A DNA stretch of 63,305 nucleotides, counting the filler, from Reclinomonas americana ATCC 50394 (lineage: Eukaryota), in assembly GCA_048213135.1 (NCBI GenBank). It is 7 parts of 3 records of this genome, joined end to end, with 100 filler letters (N's around TTAATTAATTAA, not from the genome) between each part and the next. Parts side by side here need not be neighbours in the genome. Positions count along the whole stretch, not along the records: positions 1 to 28,066 come from PS015255.1; positions 28,167 to 33,954 come from PS015255.1; positions 34,055 to 37,059 come from PS015255.1; positions 37,160 to 51,153 come from PS015255.1; 3 more parts are not named here. One strand, given 5' to 3'. The notes under the pieces were generated by a model. It was not told where the DNA came from. It did not search any database and saw nothing but the letters and a program-made list of their open reading frames with translations. Below are positions 24,754-37,197 of the stretch, one piece after another. The translations under genes and the position numbers were made by a program. The first letter of the stretch is position 1; each line of letters opens with the position of its first letter.

Positions 24754-26909
24754 ATGGCGAGCCCGAGTGAGATTCAGGAGGAGCTTGTCAGTCTCGCTGA
24801 AGCGATTCACATTCCTCCGCTTGTCGAGCAGATGAAGGTGAGTCTTTTGCAGAGGCTGTCACGCAGCGCTGCGCTGTGTGTCATGGCAATGTGTGATGCA
24901 TCATTGGAGTTGTCTGTCGTCTGTGAGCGTGCACCTACACAAGGGAGCACATGCACGTGTTTGTGTAGTTCTTCGCATGCGTGCGCGCGTCGCTGTTGAC
25001 CGTGTCTATTTTTGGTCATTGAGTTTGGGAGGTGGGAGTGTCTTGTAGTTGCTTGGTGACGTCTCATGATTCTTCAATGGTTTCGCGCAGCATCTGAATG
25101 ACCGCTGCAACTCTTTCGTTGAGGTTTTCAAGGACAGTGTTGGAGTCACACGAGGAGAACTGCAGCAGTATCGGGCGATCGCGATGGACCGAGATGACGA
25201 AGAGCGCATGATTTCGTGGCAGAAAGCGGTCGGCAGCATCTACGCGAGCTACGAGGCGGCAGTGACGCAGATGTCGGTTGACGTTGTCTTCAAGCTCCTG
25301 TGCGTGGTGATCGTGCAATTGATCTATTCGACCGATCAACTGCGACTCGAGACGGCGGAGTACTCGTTGTTCTACGCAGAATTGCTTCTCACACGTTCCA
25401 AGTTTCCACGATCTTGGATCAAGTATTTCGAGGTGGTGCGTACGCGTTAATTAATATGACTCTATGACAGTCAAGTCTTTTTCTTCGTTTGTGAACGTCT
25501 TGTTGCTTATCGTTTCATGTGTGTGGCAGACAGAAGCGGAGGCCGACAATTCTATTCGCGCGGTGCTTGGTCCCCTAATCGACCCTGGTCGATTCAATGA
25601 CCACTTCCAAGGCCTGAAAGCCCACCAACATGGATTGCGCGATCGCACGCGTGGTGGAGTCGCCGATATCTGGTGCGAGCTGCTCAAGGGCTTCAACTTC
25701 ACTGGCGAACCGAATCTCATGTTGAACAAGTTCCGACCGAAGTTCACCTGGCGACCTGCAGACCTGACAGTCCTGCCTGAGGCGATTTCGGTGCCGCTCC
25801 TGACTGCCTACGAGATTCATCAACTTTTCTACGCCGGCCGCAACTTCACTGCACACCAGTCGACCTCCGGAGCTCAGACTCGCATGGGCTCTCTCCGCCA
25901 GGAGCGTCTGCCGTTCCTCAACGGAAATCGCGACGTGAATCTTGCGTGCGATCGCGTGGAGGATTCTGTTCTGGCCGACTTCTTCATGTCGCCGTCTCGT
26001 GCGGCAATCGTTGGGCCACTTCAACGCGCTGCTGCTGACAACGCTGTGGTGGAACTGCGCGCACTGTACAAGGCCTACCTCACCCACGCCCCTNNNNNNN
26101 NNNNNNNNNNNNNNNNNNNNNNNNNNNNNNNNNNNNNNNNNNNNNNNNNNNNNNNNNNNNNNNNNNNNNNNNNNNNNNNNNNNNNNNNNNNNNNNNNNNN
26201 NNNNNNNNNNNNNNNNNNNNNNNNNNNNNNNNNNNNNNNNNNNNNNNNNNNNNNNNNNNNNNNNNNNNNNNNNNNNNNNNNNNNNNNNNNNNNNNNNNNN
26301 NNNNNNNNNNNNNNNNNNNNNNNNNNNCAAGCCGTCAAGATCAACATCAACATGGTGCACAATGTCGCGAACTTCCTTCGTGCGTACTTGTACTCCCACA
26401 TTCTGTCGCTGTCGGTCAGTGCTTGGGAGCAACTTGGTCTGCCCATCTTCGACTACTGCTTGCGCGGTCAACGTCCACCACCCCCTGCTCCATTGGCACC
26501 CGCGGGAGATATTCCAATGCCAACTTCTGTGGACGACTACCTAGGGCGAGGTTCCACTGCCGATGACCGGCGAATCATGTTCACACAGCGTGCGCTTTGT
26601 CGTCTGGCGCGCGCTCGTCCAGACTTGCGGCCGTATTTGACGGCGGACTACATGCGCCTTCTTGACACGTTGGGATCAATGTGGTCAGCATCCGCGACCA
26701 ATCAGGCGGCCCATGGCCAGGCACCTTCCACATCTGTGCAACTTGTACCTCCGCCGCCGTCGGCAGTACCACTGCCACCTCCGCCGCCACCAGCGGAACC
26801 GCTGCCACGTCTGAAACTCGCTCCCCGTCTTTCGCCTCTCTACTTCCCCGTCTTAAGCTTCTTCTTCTTCTTGTTGTTCCTCCTTCTCCTCCGCCCCCTC
26901 CTCTTGTGA
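24754..26909 (+). CDS. Hypothetical protein with at least 2 introns and a Pro-rich C-terminus
   Basis: Long complex-sequence frames (about 25091-25435 and 25530-26909, across a gap) with GT/AG boundaries; no family recognised. Confidence 0.55.
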
Positions 26910-27714
26910 ACTTTTTCATGTTAGACTATGTAGATATCACACGCAAACCGCTGCTGGCGATCTGTCATGAAGCCTGGTATTTGTGTTGATGTTTGGATAC
27001 GTATACGCATGCGGTTTCTTGATCATCGAGACGACAGCTGTTGCTTATTTCATTCACAAGTCTCTCTTGCTTGTCGGATCATTGGCGCGCCTGCGTCGAC
27101 AACCACACGACGCCCTGCTGCACGCACTCTTCTCTGATTGGGTCCAGACCGCAGCGCTGATCATCATCATCTGCAAAAAATCATCAGCAAGCAAGTTGTT
27201 TCCCTCTCTCAATCTAGAAACGCAACAGTCGACTTCGGATTGCGCAGCGCGTATGACGGATGGGCCGGGTTGGCTGGGCGTCCTGTGCGGCAGAGCGGGC
27301 AGCTATGGCGGCGCGGGCCATGACCACAGCACGACCGCGCTTGGATTTCGGACCGAGTGGATTGCCACCGTAAATGGAGACGAGCACGCGGTTGGCGTTG
27401 GCCACGCGGTTGCGCCCGCCACCCGCTTTGCGTACGGGTGACAGGGAGGCTGCACTGCCGCGACCGTTGCCGCTGTCGCCACTGCTGCTAGTGGCTGCGC
27501 CACTGGCACCCGAGCCACCCGAGCCGTTCTTCACGCGCTGCACCACTGGACTGGAGCTCTTTGTCTATGGGTTTGCATTCATCCGCCGTGGTGCGCGCTG
27601 CAGCGGAGGGAGGAAGCACAAACAATGAGTGAGATAGGGAGGGGTGGGAGTGGGAGTGTGCGCGCCCATCAACTCACCCCATTGCGAAGGCCGCGGACAC
27701 TCGGGCGGCTGCAG

Positions 27715-27922
27715 TCGACACGAACTCGTCGTCGGTGGGGAATGGGATGCTGCCGGAGAAATGGGGAGAGGTGAGTGTGCGGGAGGAGGGGGAGGAGAAC
27801 GGAGAAAAAGGGGGGAGAGGGTGAGCACAAACTTGTTGCTGCCGAGGAGCACAATGACCACGTGCGGCACGTACGCCGAGAAGTCCCACGTGGAGGCCGG
27901 ATCCGTGGCAATGGTGCGGTTC
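27715..27922 (-). pseudogene. Internal esterase exons (second copy), truncated and joined to unrelated sequence
   Basis: NRTIATDPASTWDFSAYVPHVVIVLLGSN|..IPFPTDDEFVS; about 27717-27779 is near-identical to 20948-21010, and the similarity ends abruptly. Confidence 0.65.
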
Positions 27923-28110
27923 CTGCAATCAACGATGAGTGGAAACTTACACAGAAGGTGGCACAGGATGGAAGAACAGAAGGCCAACACCCTCGTTCTC
28001 TCATCTATCTTCTCATGATGTGTTAGCTTCAACACGTTCACTCACATTGCAACACCGCAAGAGCGCNNNNNNNNNNNNNNNNNNNNNNNNNNNNNNNNNN
28101 NNNNNNNNNN

Positions 28111-28122
28111 TTAATTAATTAA
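28111..28122. other. Artificial scaffold linker
   Basis: TTAATTAATTAA (stops in all six frames) centred in 44+44 N. Confidence 0.97.
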
Positions 28123-28581
28123 NNNNNNNNNNNNNNNNNNNNNNNNNNNNNNNNNNNNNNNNNNNNCTTCTTCTTCTTGGTGCTCACCGCCACTCGTGTG
28201 GGTGTGTGGGTGTCTGCTACTTGGCGAACTCGACGCGCACTGTCTCTCCCTCTGTGCGACAACGCGCGTGTCAGGACTCACACACACAAAGACAACATGG
28301 CGCAACACACAAACACACGCGCACACACACTGACACAGCACACAGAGAGCGCGAGAGCACGTCACACAAGACAGCGGGCACACAGTTGGAAGACGAGACG
28401 AGACAAGGATGGCACTCACACACTCCAACGGCCCCGGACAGATGCGCAATGGACAGAGCGAGCCGTCCCCCGGTCTGTCCATATTGTCTCATTGCGATAG
28501 GTTCGTGCGAGCTGTGGTGTGTTTGCCATTGCTCTGCTTTTGCCTCACCTTCCTTTGTGCCATGCGCAGCATCATTTCATC

Positions 28582-28804
28582 ATGAGTGGACGCAAGAAGG
28601 GAGGAAAGCGCGGACGCGGTTCTCGCGTGACTGGGTCGGACTCGTCGTCGGACTCTGATCAGGATGTGCCTGCACGTGCGCCGTTGACGACGGGAGGTGC
28701 TGGTGGCAAGGCGGGTGCGCGACCGGCGATCAAGGTGGAGGGCGGCGCGTCGTCGGCGTCGTCGTCGGGTGGTTCGTCGCCTGCNNNNNNNNNNNNNNNN
28801 NNNN

Positions 28805-28856
<52 letters not shown>

Positions 28857-31646
28857 GAGAGAGAGAGAGAGTACGTGCGCTCCCGGTCTCTCTGTCTCGC
28901 TCTCTCGAAACGATTATTTCTCTTGCTCTTCACAGTTCCTTTGGTTCATCTCGGTCTTCTCTTATCGAGGACAGACATCACAGCTCAGTGACTCTTTCTC
29001 ACTCCACAGCGCCCATCTCGATGCGTCGTCCCCGAGAGAAAGCAGCAGCCGCTTCCCTTGCTCTCTCTGGCTGTAAGGGTGCCTTTGACTGTCTCTCTGT
29101 TCGGCACGAATCTCTCCACCAGACAAAGCGCTGCCCCAGGTGATCTCTCAGTCCTGCTCTCATCCCCAAGAATGAGAGGCATGCCAAAACGAGCCACAAT
29201 CATCAGTTGTCCCCTTTCCCCTGTCCTTCCCTTCCCTGCCCTCATTCCCTCCACCCACCAGCCACTCTGGTGTCAGCACCGTATACATGGCCACAGCACG
29301 AATGTGTGCCCGCAATCTTCACACATAAACAATCAGTTACTGAACAAACAAACACAAAACACAAAGAAACACAAACAAACACAAGAAGCGTAACTCCGTG
29401 CCCAGCTTCCGTGTCAATGACTCATACGCCGCCTGCGAGTCCGCCTGCGCTGTCGCCGGCCCCTCTGACGTCGCAGTGTACTTGCTTGCACGCTCCGAAA
29501 TCATTCTCCTTCTTCTTCTTCTTCTTNNNNNNNNNNNNNNNNNNNNNNNNNNNNNNNNNNNNNNNNNNNNNNNNNNNNNNNNNNNNNNNNNNNNNNNNNN
29601 NNNNNNNNNNNNNNNNNNNNNNNNNNNNNNNNNNNNNNNNNNNNNNNNNNNNNNNNNNNNNNNNNNNNNNNNNNNNNNNNNNNNNNNNNNNNNNNNNNNN
29701 NNNNNNNNNNNNNNNNNNNNNNNNNNNNNNNNNNNNNNNNNNNNNNNNNNNNNNNNNNNNNNNNNNNNNNNNNNNNNNNNNNNNNNNNNNNNNNNNNNNN
29801 NNNNNNNNNNNNNNNNNNNNNNNNNNNNNNNNNNNNNNNNNNNNNNNNNNNNNNNNNNNNNNNNNNNNNNNNNNNNNNNNNNNNNNNNNNNNNNNNNNNN
29901 NNNNNNNNNNNNNNNNNNNNNNNNNNNNNNNNNNNNNNNNNNNNNNNNNNNNNNNNNNNNNNNNNNNNNNNNNNNNNNNNNNNNNNNNNNNNNNNNNNNN
30001 NNNNNNNNNNNNNNNNNNNNNNNNNNGGGCAGGGAGGGAGGGATTGAGGGGAGAGAGGAGGGGGGGAGGGGGGGAGAGCTCTCTCACATGTTGGGGAGAG
30101 TGCAAGCACGTAATGCGACTGCTCCACTCGTGTTGTCTGCTTTCTCCACAGTCGATGCTCTCTTTGTGTGAGAGGAAGAACGACTTCTTCTTCCCTCTGA
30201 TCACTTCTCGCCGTGTTTGGTTGAGGTTGTTTCCCTCATTCTTCTCGTCGTGTGCGGGAGTCACTGCGTGTGGCTGGGGCATTTCCACGTCTCTCTGTTC
30301 AGGAGGTACAATGTGTGACTGAGCTCCTCTGCACGTGTGCTTTCCTCCCTGTTGTACCTCCACGCAAGATTTCGTGCATGCGTGCGAGGGAGACTGTGTG
30401 TGGCTTTCAATTTCTTGTCCTTGTGAGTCACTGAGCATGAATGTGCTGGATTGCACTTCCACTGTCCTCTCCTGTGTAGCATGCGTGTGAGGGAGAGGCT
30501 CCCCGTTTTTATCATCTGCCATCTGCCCTATTGCTCCCTTCCTTCAATACTCAATATGTGGAGACAAGTGCTCCTACATGCAATCGCTCCCACTAAGTGC
30601 TCTGTGTGTGATGTTGGGTGCTTTCATCTGTGATGCACCCACTTCTTTCTGCGTGGTAACAGAGAGTGAGGGTGCATCCTCCTCACTCGCGTTGCTCTCA
30701 CATTGTTTGTGCGTGAAGAGAGAGAGAGAGAGCGGGGGAAGGAAGAGAAAGAGAGACAAAGATGGAATGAGGAGAAAAATAGGTCAAGGAGAAAGAAAAA
30801 AATCGTGGTTCAGTATATTGAGAGGACCGTACCACCGTTCGCCTTCCTCATCTCACCCCCTTCCCCTCATCTCACCCCCTTCCCCTCACCCACCCACAGG
30901 CCCTCATCGAAGCCTCGGAAGCCAGTGTACCACTCGACGCCGACACACTACAACATCGCATCTACCAGTTGGAGCACTCGCTGGGCGAGATTCTGCGCGT
31001 GTCTTACCAGGCGCAAGAATCATTGCAGACGACGGATTTGCCACTGTTGTTTGAGCACGCGGCCAAGGTGCTGCGACCGACCCTGGAGGAACCACCAGCC
31101 GCGCCGCTGGAGGACAGACCAGAACTCGGCAAGTGCCAGGAGGCGCAAGTTATTTTCTACTTGGCCGAGGTCGCCAAGAAGCTGGAGGTGCTGCCGGAGG
31201 CGCGCATTATGGAGCTTTTGGTGGAGCATAGTTGCGTAGTCGAGGAGAGAGGGGGGGCGCACAAACAAGAGAGTAGCACTCATCATCATTTTCTGACCCG
31301 GCAGATCTTGTCGATCTGGTGGTCTCGTTCTGCGCCAAGTACCACCAGTTGTTGTCGCCGGAATGTCAGGCGGCCAGTGGGTGGTTTTTGTCGGGAGTCC
31401 TGGGCGCGGAGCTGTTTAGGGCACACCAGGTTGGTGATGCTTCTTTGTTGTTGCTCTCCTTGTTGTGTGACTTGCTCATCCGTTCCGGCGCAGGGTTCAC
31501 TGTTTCCAAATGCTGCCAGCAAGCGCAAACTTGCCGCACTCAAGGACGCATATCTGGGCAACTTCCTGAAGGACGCACAACGGAAACGAGACTGGCGGCC
31601 GCTCTCGGACGCCCTCATCAAGTACCGCATGGCTTCCGACAAGTGA
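28582..31646 (+). CDS. Hypothetical protein, partial (spans gaps)
   Basis: N-terminus MSGRKKGGKRGRG...; exons 30900-31230, 31305-31428 and 31494-31646 splice in frame. Confidence 0.55.
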
Positions 31647-31808
31647 CAGCACACACAAAATCGACAGATTTTTTTTCGTTGCTCTTTGTTTATGCGTGCT
31701 TGGCCTCTTTTGCGTAATGCACACTATGGGGGCGGGGTGTACACACAATGAATGGTGACGGGAAAACGAGCTGCTCGTGTAACAACTACAACAACAACAA
31801 CAACCGCA

Positions 31809-32768
31809 TCATTCATTTTCGTCGGCGTCGAGTAGCAACTCAAAGTACCCGTCCACCTCGTCAAACGATCGACCACCCACTGCGCAATCGCTTGTCAGCA
31901 ACACGCACTCACTGCCATAAGCAACAAAAAAACGCACCTCCATCTGGCCGCAGCATGAAAATGGATCGCGAATTGCGCACAAAACGCGGCGGTGCAATCG
32001 CCACTCCCAGAATCGGTCCCTCGGCGACATAGTCCCTGGCGCCATGCTGATCCCGCACTGCACCACACAGCAGAGTGGAGTGAGCAGTCAGAGCCTCGCT
32101 GCGTCGTCGCCCCACAAGAAGAACTCAACCAATATCTCCGACTTTCCACCGCCCGCCCTCCATGCACTCGGGTCTCGTGTCGATGCACACTGGATTGCGT
32201 CGCCACGAGTGCATCCACAGCGCTGTCTCTCTGCATCATTCCCTCACTTCAGGCGGAACAACAACAACTGAAGGAGAAGAAGAAGAGCGCAACAGTCGAC
32301 ACTCGGGATGCGCGCGGATCAGCTCCACACTGCGCGCCTGCTCACGATCAAGCACTCGCACGCCGACCTCATCCGCCTCCACAAACACACACAGTCGCGC
32401 CTCTTGCTCATCAGCAGCCGCCGCATCCGCCATGACTGCAACGGAGAGTCAACTCACCACCTGTCTCTTCTCGCTCTCGCGTTCGAACGCACCTACACCA
32501 ATGACACACGCAGCGCCTATGCCCGGCACTGTCACCTCATCGCCTGGTCCCACATGACCAAACCCCGCACGCTCACACCGCGCAGCCGAGGGGAACACAT
32601 GAATGCGCCCTTGGTGATCGGACATGAGCTATTCTCAGCCACACACTGTGGACGCACACACGCACACGCAAAGAACAGACCTTCTCGTGGGCGATCTGCG
32701 CGCACAAGAACAAGCGGATCGGCGGCTTTGCGAAGGTGCGCAGCGGAGACTGCTTGCCGCAGTGACAT
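31809..32768 (-). CDS. Hypothetical multi-exon protein
   Basis: Short exon-like segments separated by GT-AG introns; frame only partly resolved. Confidence 0.35.
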
Positions 32769-32833
32769 TGAAAACACAGTGAGGAGACAATTGCAGTGTG
32801 CGAGTATGTACAATCGAACGTTACATCATCGCA

Positions 32834-33954
32834 ATGTCGAGGCGAAAGCCGCCTTCCTCTTCGTCGACTGTCGACGACACGAGTGAGGAGAGTTGCGTCT
32901 TCTTCTCTTCGCCTCTCTCTCTCTCTCGTTCAGCTCTGTGTGACTTGTGTGTACAGCACGGTCCACTCGTCGACTGCTGTTTCTGCTGGCCGAGTACACA
33001 CTGCCGCATCAGACTGTGGTGTGGGTATCGGCGCAAAAGGTGGCAGAGGCACTCACTGCGGCGTCGGCGGTCGCGGAGCGCGATCTCTTGCGTGGTACGG
33101 TCGCTCTCCTCATCTCGCGCTCACTGGTCTCTCTCTCTTGTCACTCAGTGCTGGTGCAGATGTGTCGTATCGTGCGCTGTTGAGTGAGTTGCGCAGTGGG
33201 CAGCAGACGGGGGCGCAGTCGGTGGAGATTCATGTGCCGTCGGCGCGACTGGTGGCGCTGTTGAGGAGTCTGTCGCCACCCGCTGTTCGCACAGAGTCGT
33301 CGTCGGCATCGTCGATGCGACGCACGAGTGAGCCGGCGTATCGTGTGGAGTTGACAGAGGGGAGTGGGCGGTTCATGGCGCTGGTGGCGGGGGGCGCCAA
33401 GGTGGTGCCGTTGCTGGTGTCGGACTTGGAGTGTATCACGTTTTCGCGAATGTTTGGTCCCACCGAGAAGGAGGCCAACCTGTTGCGTTCTGCGTCGTTG
33501 TACGCGGTATGTGTCATGACATGCTGCTAATGTCTGTCTGCTTGGCAGTGAGAGACCGGCGATTCGGCGGCGGCGGTTGCTGCCACTGGCCAAGGGAGCG
33601 GCGACTACGGCAGCGGCGTCGGCGGCAATGCCCGTGGCGACCCCGCGCTTGCAGCCTGCACTCACGGACTCGCTGGCCCATGTGAGCCCGTTCCGCAATC
33701 AACTGGTTTGGCACGAAAGGCAAGCGCGTGAGCATGCCTTGCTACTCTGGTGCTGACTTGGTGTGGCAGGAACGACTGCTCGATTTTGTGCAGGTGAGTC
33801 CGCGCGGAGGACCCGGCGATTCACAAGGGACGAATACCACCACCACCACCACAACGACAACTACGACGACGACAACAACCACCACCACAGCAGCAGGGAT
33901 GCCAACCTCTGTCGATGGCAGTAGTAGTGCGGCGCCGAAGAGAGCAGTGTCGCC
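32834..33954 (+). CDS. Hypothetical protein, 5' part
   Basis: MSRRKPP...|RSTRRLLFLLAEYTLPHQ...|DVSYRALLSELR... splice in frame. Confidence 0.5.
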
Positions 33955-33998
33955 NNNNNNNNNNNNNNNNNNNNNNNNNNNNNNNNNNNNNNNNNNNN

Positions 33999-34010
33999 TT
34001 AATTAATTAA
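33999..34010. other. Artificial scaffold linker
   Basis: TTAATTAATTAA in an N run. Confidence 0.97.
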
Positions 34011-34054
34011 NNNNNNNNNNNNNNNNNNNNNNNNNNNNNNNNNNNNNNNNNNNN

Positions 34055-34821
34055 GCCATTGTCGAGCTGGAGGAAGTCGAGTCAAAGGACGATCGTAGTC
34101 CGGGTGAGCGGTACTGCAACCTGCGCATTCGAGAAAACTCCCAGTGAATTCCTGAACAACTAAACAGTGGGCGTTGTGAAACGCACCGTGCTGCTAGCTG
34201 CTGTTGTTGTTGTTGTTGTTGCTGTTGACGAGCGCCGCCATACTGTCTCTTCGTCGACAGGGAGGGAAACAGTGGACTGCCGTCACGCTCACCAAGGGCG
34301 GCCGGCGATCGAAGTCGATCTGCCGTCGGCTGCACACAATGAAACGATTGTGAGAGGCGCGAAGAGATGGGGACAACAATGGCGTGCGAGACGAGCTCAC
34401 CGTGTGTGGCGAATGTGCACCGAGTCGACTGGGTGGTGGTGTGGCGTCACGCGACAGCGACGCGGGCGAGCTGGTGCCGACTGCATCGAGCACAGACGAC
34501 CGCTGAGCTGGAGTCTGACGAAGCATTCCACTACCAGCCGCCGCAGTGGTACGCGGTGAAGCCGTATTGTCGCTGAGGGTGGTGAGAGTGCGCGATTTTA
34601 GTGGAGATTTTGGAGGTTTTAGTGGTGACGATGTGGAGTTGGATCCCCAGGCCATCTGCGCACACTCTCGAGTGAACTCCTGTATCTCTCGCACGCAAAT
34701 CTCGCACGCCGTCGCGCTCACCTGCACCGTGCCCTGCGCGAGTTCCTCACTGCGCTGCACGTGTCGCTGCAGGTGACTTTGCATGACCTGCACACGCTGC
34801 CGCAGTCGTTCCACTTCAGCC
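34055..34821 (-). CDS. Coiled-coil and Ser/Pro-rich internal gene fragment
   Basis: ERLRQRVQVMQSHLQRHVQRSEEL...; GTGAGC donor near 34400 and CAG acceptor near 34330; open at both gaps. Confidence 0.45.
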
Positions 34822-35109
34822 NNNNNNNNNNNNNNNNNNNNNNNNNNNNNNNNNNNNNNNNNNNNNNNNNNNNNNNNNNNNNNNNNNNNNNNNNNNNNNN
34901 NNNNNNNNNNNNNNNNNNNNNNNNNNNNNNNNNNNNNNNNNNNNNNNNNNNNNNNNNNNNNNNNNNNNNNNNNNNNNNNNNNNNNNNNNNNNNNNNNNNN
35001 NNNNNNNNNNNNNNNNNNNNNNNNNNNNNNNNNNNNNNNNNNNNNNNNNNNNNNNNNNNNNNNNNNNNNNNNNNNNNNNNNNNNNNNNNNNNNNNNNNNN
35101 NNNNNNNNN

Positions 35110-36030
35110 AACGTGCACCGGCGGCACTCGACTCGACAAGACTGTGCGCACGCAGCGGATCTCCGTGAACACGGATGAAGAAAAGGTCACGACTGACATC
35201 AGCACTACCACACACCTCCAGTGTCCGCATCCGGTGAAAACAGAGTGGCAAAGAGCTGCTCTTGTGCGCTCGGCACAATAACAGGAAAGCAGCTGCGCAC
35301 TCTGCGTGAGCTTGTCGACGGAAAATGCATACGTGCATGTGTGCGGAAGAGGAGAGTTACCTGACGCAAGCATCGCGAAAGACCGCGAACCGGTGCGTGC
35401 CGTCCAGAAAGCGCACAAAGAAATGGCGATAGACACTCGGAGAGCCAGCTGCCACATCCTGCTCAATCTTTGGCAACGCCTCCGCCGTGACCGAGGCCCC
35501 GCTCTCGGCACCCACCAGCTTGCAGTGTGACAAGATAATGGGCTTGCCCTTGCACAAGAAGCGTGTGAAATTCGTGTATCTGCCGCACGACGGAGGAGGG
35601 GTGAGAACTGTGCAGCAGGAACGCCTCGCCAATACATCACTGTGCACCTCAGCATACTGTCTTTGCGACCGGCGATGAGGCCGTACGGACCAACGTACTT
35701 GACGCGGTCATTGACAAACGCCTGCTCCAGCTTGTCGACCGCCACGTACACCACCGAGCGGCCCTGCAGCATGCGCTCCGAGACGACAAACGAGGCTTGC
35801 GCGGCAGCCGCTGCAATCGACGATTTGGTCAGCATCGACAAGCAGCAGTTACTCGGCCCGCACTTCTCCACTTCTCACCTTGTACTTCGAGCGGCAGTGC
35901 CGGTGCAAAGTCGTTCTCGTATCGCTCCCCATCGTCTGTGGCCTCCGAGTCCACAGTGGACCAGGAGGCGGTGCCAGGTCGCGAGAGTTCGGCTGAGCGG
36001 TACAGCGTCGCACGCTGCTGCCGCGAGCGT
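35110..36030 (-). CDS. Internal exons of a hypothetical protein
   Basis: Exons VEKCGPSNCC...VGPYGLIAG, YTNFTRFLCKGKP... and LFFIRVHGDP separated by short GT-AG introns. Confidence 0.5.
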
Positions 36031-36588
36031 TGAGAGGACTGCGTGCACACAGGGGTGAGGCGAAAGTGTGCGTGCACGTGATGTGCAACATGCAGTGAGC
36101 CGCAACATCGGTCATGAACNNNNNNNNNNNNNNNNNNNNNNNNNNNNNNNNNNNNNNNNNNNNNNNNNNNNNNNNNNNNNNNNNNNNNNNNNNNNNNNNN
36201 NNNNNNNNNNNNNNNNNNNNNNNNNNNNNNNNNNNNNNNNNNNNNNNNNNNNNNNNNNNNNNNNNNNNNNNNNNNNNNNNNNNNNNNNNNNNNNNNNNNN
36301 NNNNNNNNNNNNNNNNNNNNNNNNNNNNNNNNNNNNNNNNNNNNNNNNNNNNNNNNNNNNNNNNNNNNNNNNNNNNNNNNNNNNNNNNNNNNNNNNNNNN
36401 NNNNNNNNNNNNNNNNNNNNNNNNNNNNNNNNNNNNNNNNNNNNNNNNNNNNNNNNNNNNNNNNNNNNNNNNNNNNNNNNNNNNNNNNNNNNNNNNNNNN
36501 NNNNNNNNNNNNNNNNNNNNNNNNNNNNNNNNNNNNNNNNNNNNNNNNNNNNNNNNNNNNNNNNNNNNNNNNNNNNNNNNNNNNNNNN

Positions 36589-36793
36589 ACTAACTTGAAC
36601 GCGCAGGCCTACAACAAGAGTCTGCCTGATTACCCCGCCACGCTGCCGAAGAGTGCCGACGACGAAGAGGGCGGAGGTGGCAAGAAGGGCAAGAAGGGCA
36701 AGAAAGGAAAGAAGGGCAAGAAGAAGGTACCTGTGTGTGCGTACCCACCAGCCACGCTGCTCTTTTCCTCATCCTGCACGCATATTGCAGTGA
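36589..36793 (+). CDS. IQCA1: C-terminal exons of DRC11/IQCA1 on an oppositely oriented contig
   Basis: TNLNAQAYNKSLPDY...GGKKGKKGKKGKKGKKK|TGA; the same KKG repeats occur in the main gene, which lacks its 3' end. Confidence 0.7.
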
Positions 36794-36903
36794 TGAACAC
36801 CGCCACATATCTCCACTCGCACAGCAACCATCATCACCAACGCCTCCCACTGTTCCGTGTGCGAGTAAACAATCAATATGCAAAACATGTATTAGTTAGG
36901 ATC

Positions 36904-37059
36904 CTACATCTTTGACGGGCTGCTGCTGGCGTTAGCCGGCACCGTCGATAGTGAATACGTTAACATGCACGGCCGCGAATCCGTTCGCGTCCGGTACTTG
37001 AGCAGCGATTCGTCTTGGAAGCCGGCGTGCCACGTCTTATCGTAGGCCACCTCTTCCAC
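36904..37059 (-). CDS. C-terminal fragment of a hypothetical protein
   Basis: VEEVAYDKTWHAGFQDESLLKYRTR...SKM-stop, open at the gap. Confidence 0.4.
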   Translation of the reverse strand: MEEVAYDKTWHAGFQDESLLKYRTRTDSRPCMLTYSLSTVPANASSSPSKM

Positions 37060-37103
37060 NNNNNNNNNNNNNNNNNNNNNNNNNNNNNNNNNNNNNNNNN
37101 NNN

Positions 37104-37115
37104 TTAATTAATTAA
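37104..37115. other. Artificial scaffold linker
   Basis: TTAATTAATTAA in an N run. Confidence 0.97.
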
Positions 37116-37197
37116 NNNNNNNNNNNNNNNNNNNNNNNNNNNNNNNNNNNNNNNNNNNNCAGAGAAAGCTCACACCCTCTCATGCAGCCAACACACC

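Noticed and set aside
27688-27716. Helitron 3' hairpin at the chimeric junction
   Set aside because: Only a short gccgc/gcggc stem, no CTRR terminus and no Rep/helicase sequence nearby.
29395-29520. Possible minus-strand exon (ISERASKY...YESLTRKL) of the 28582 gene on another flipped contig
   Set aside because: Its donor phase does not match the exon at 30900; insufficient support.
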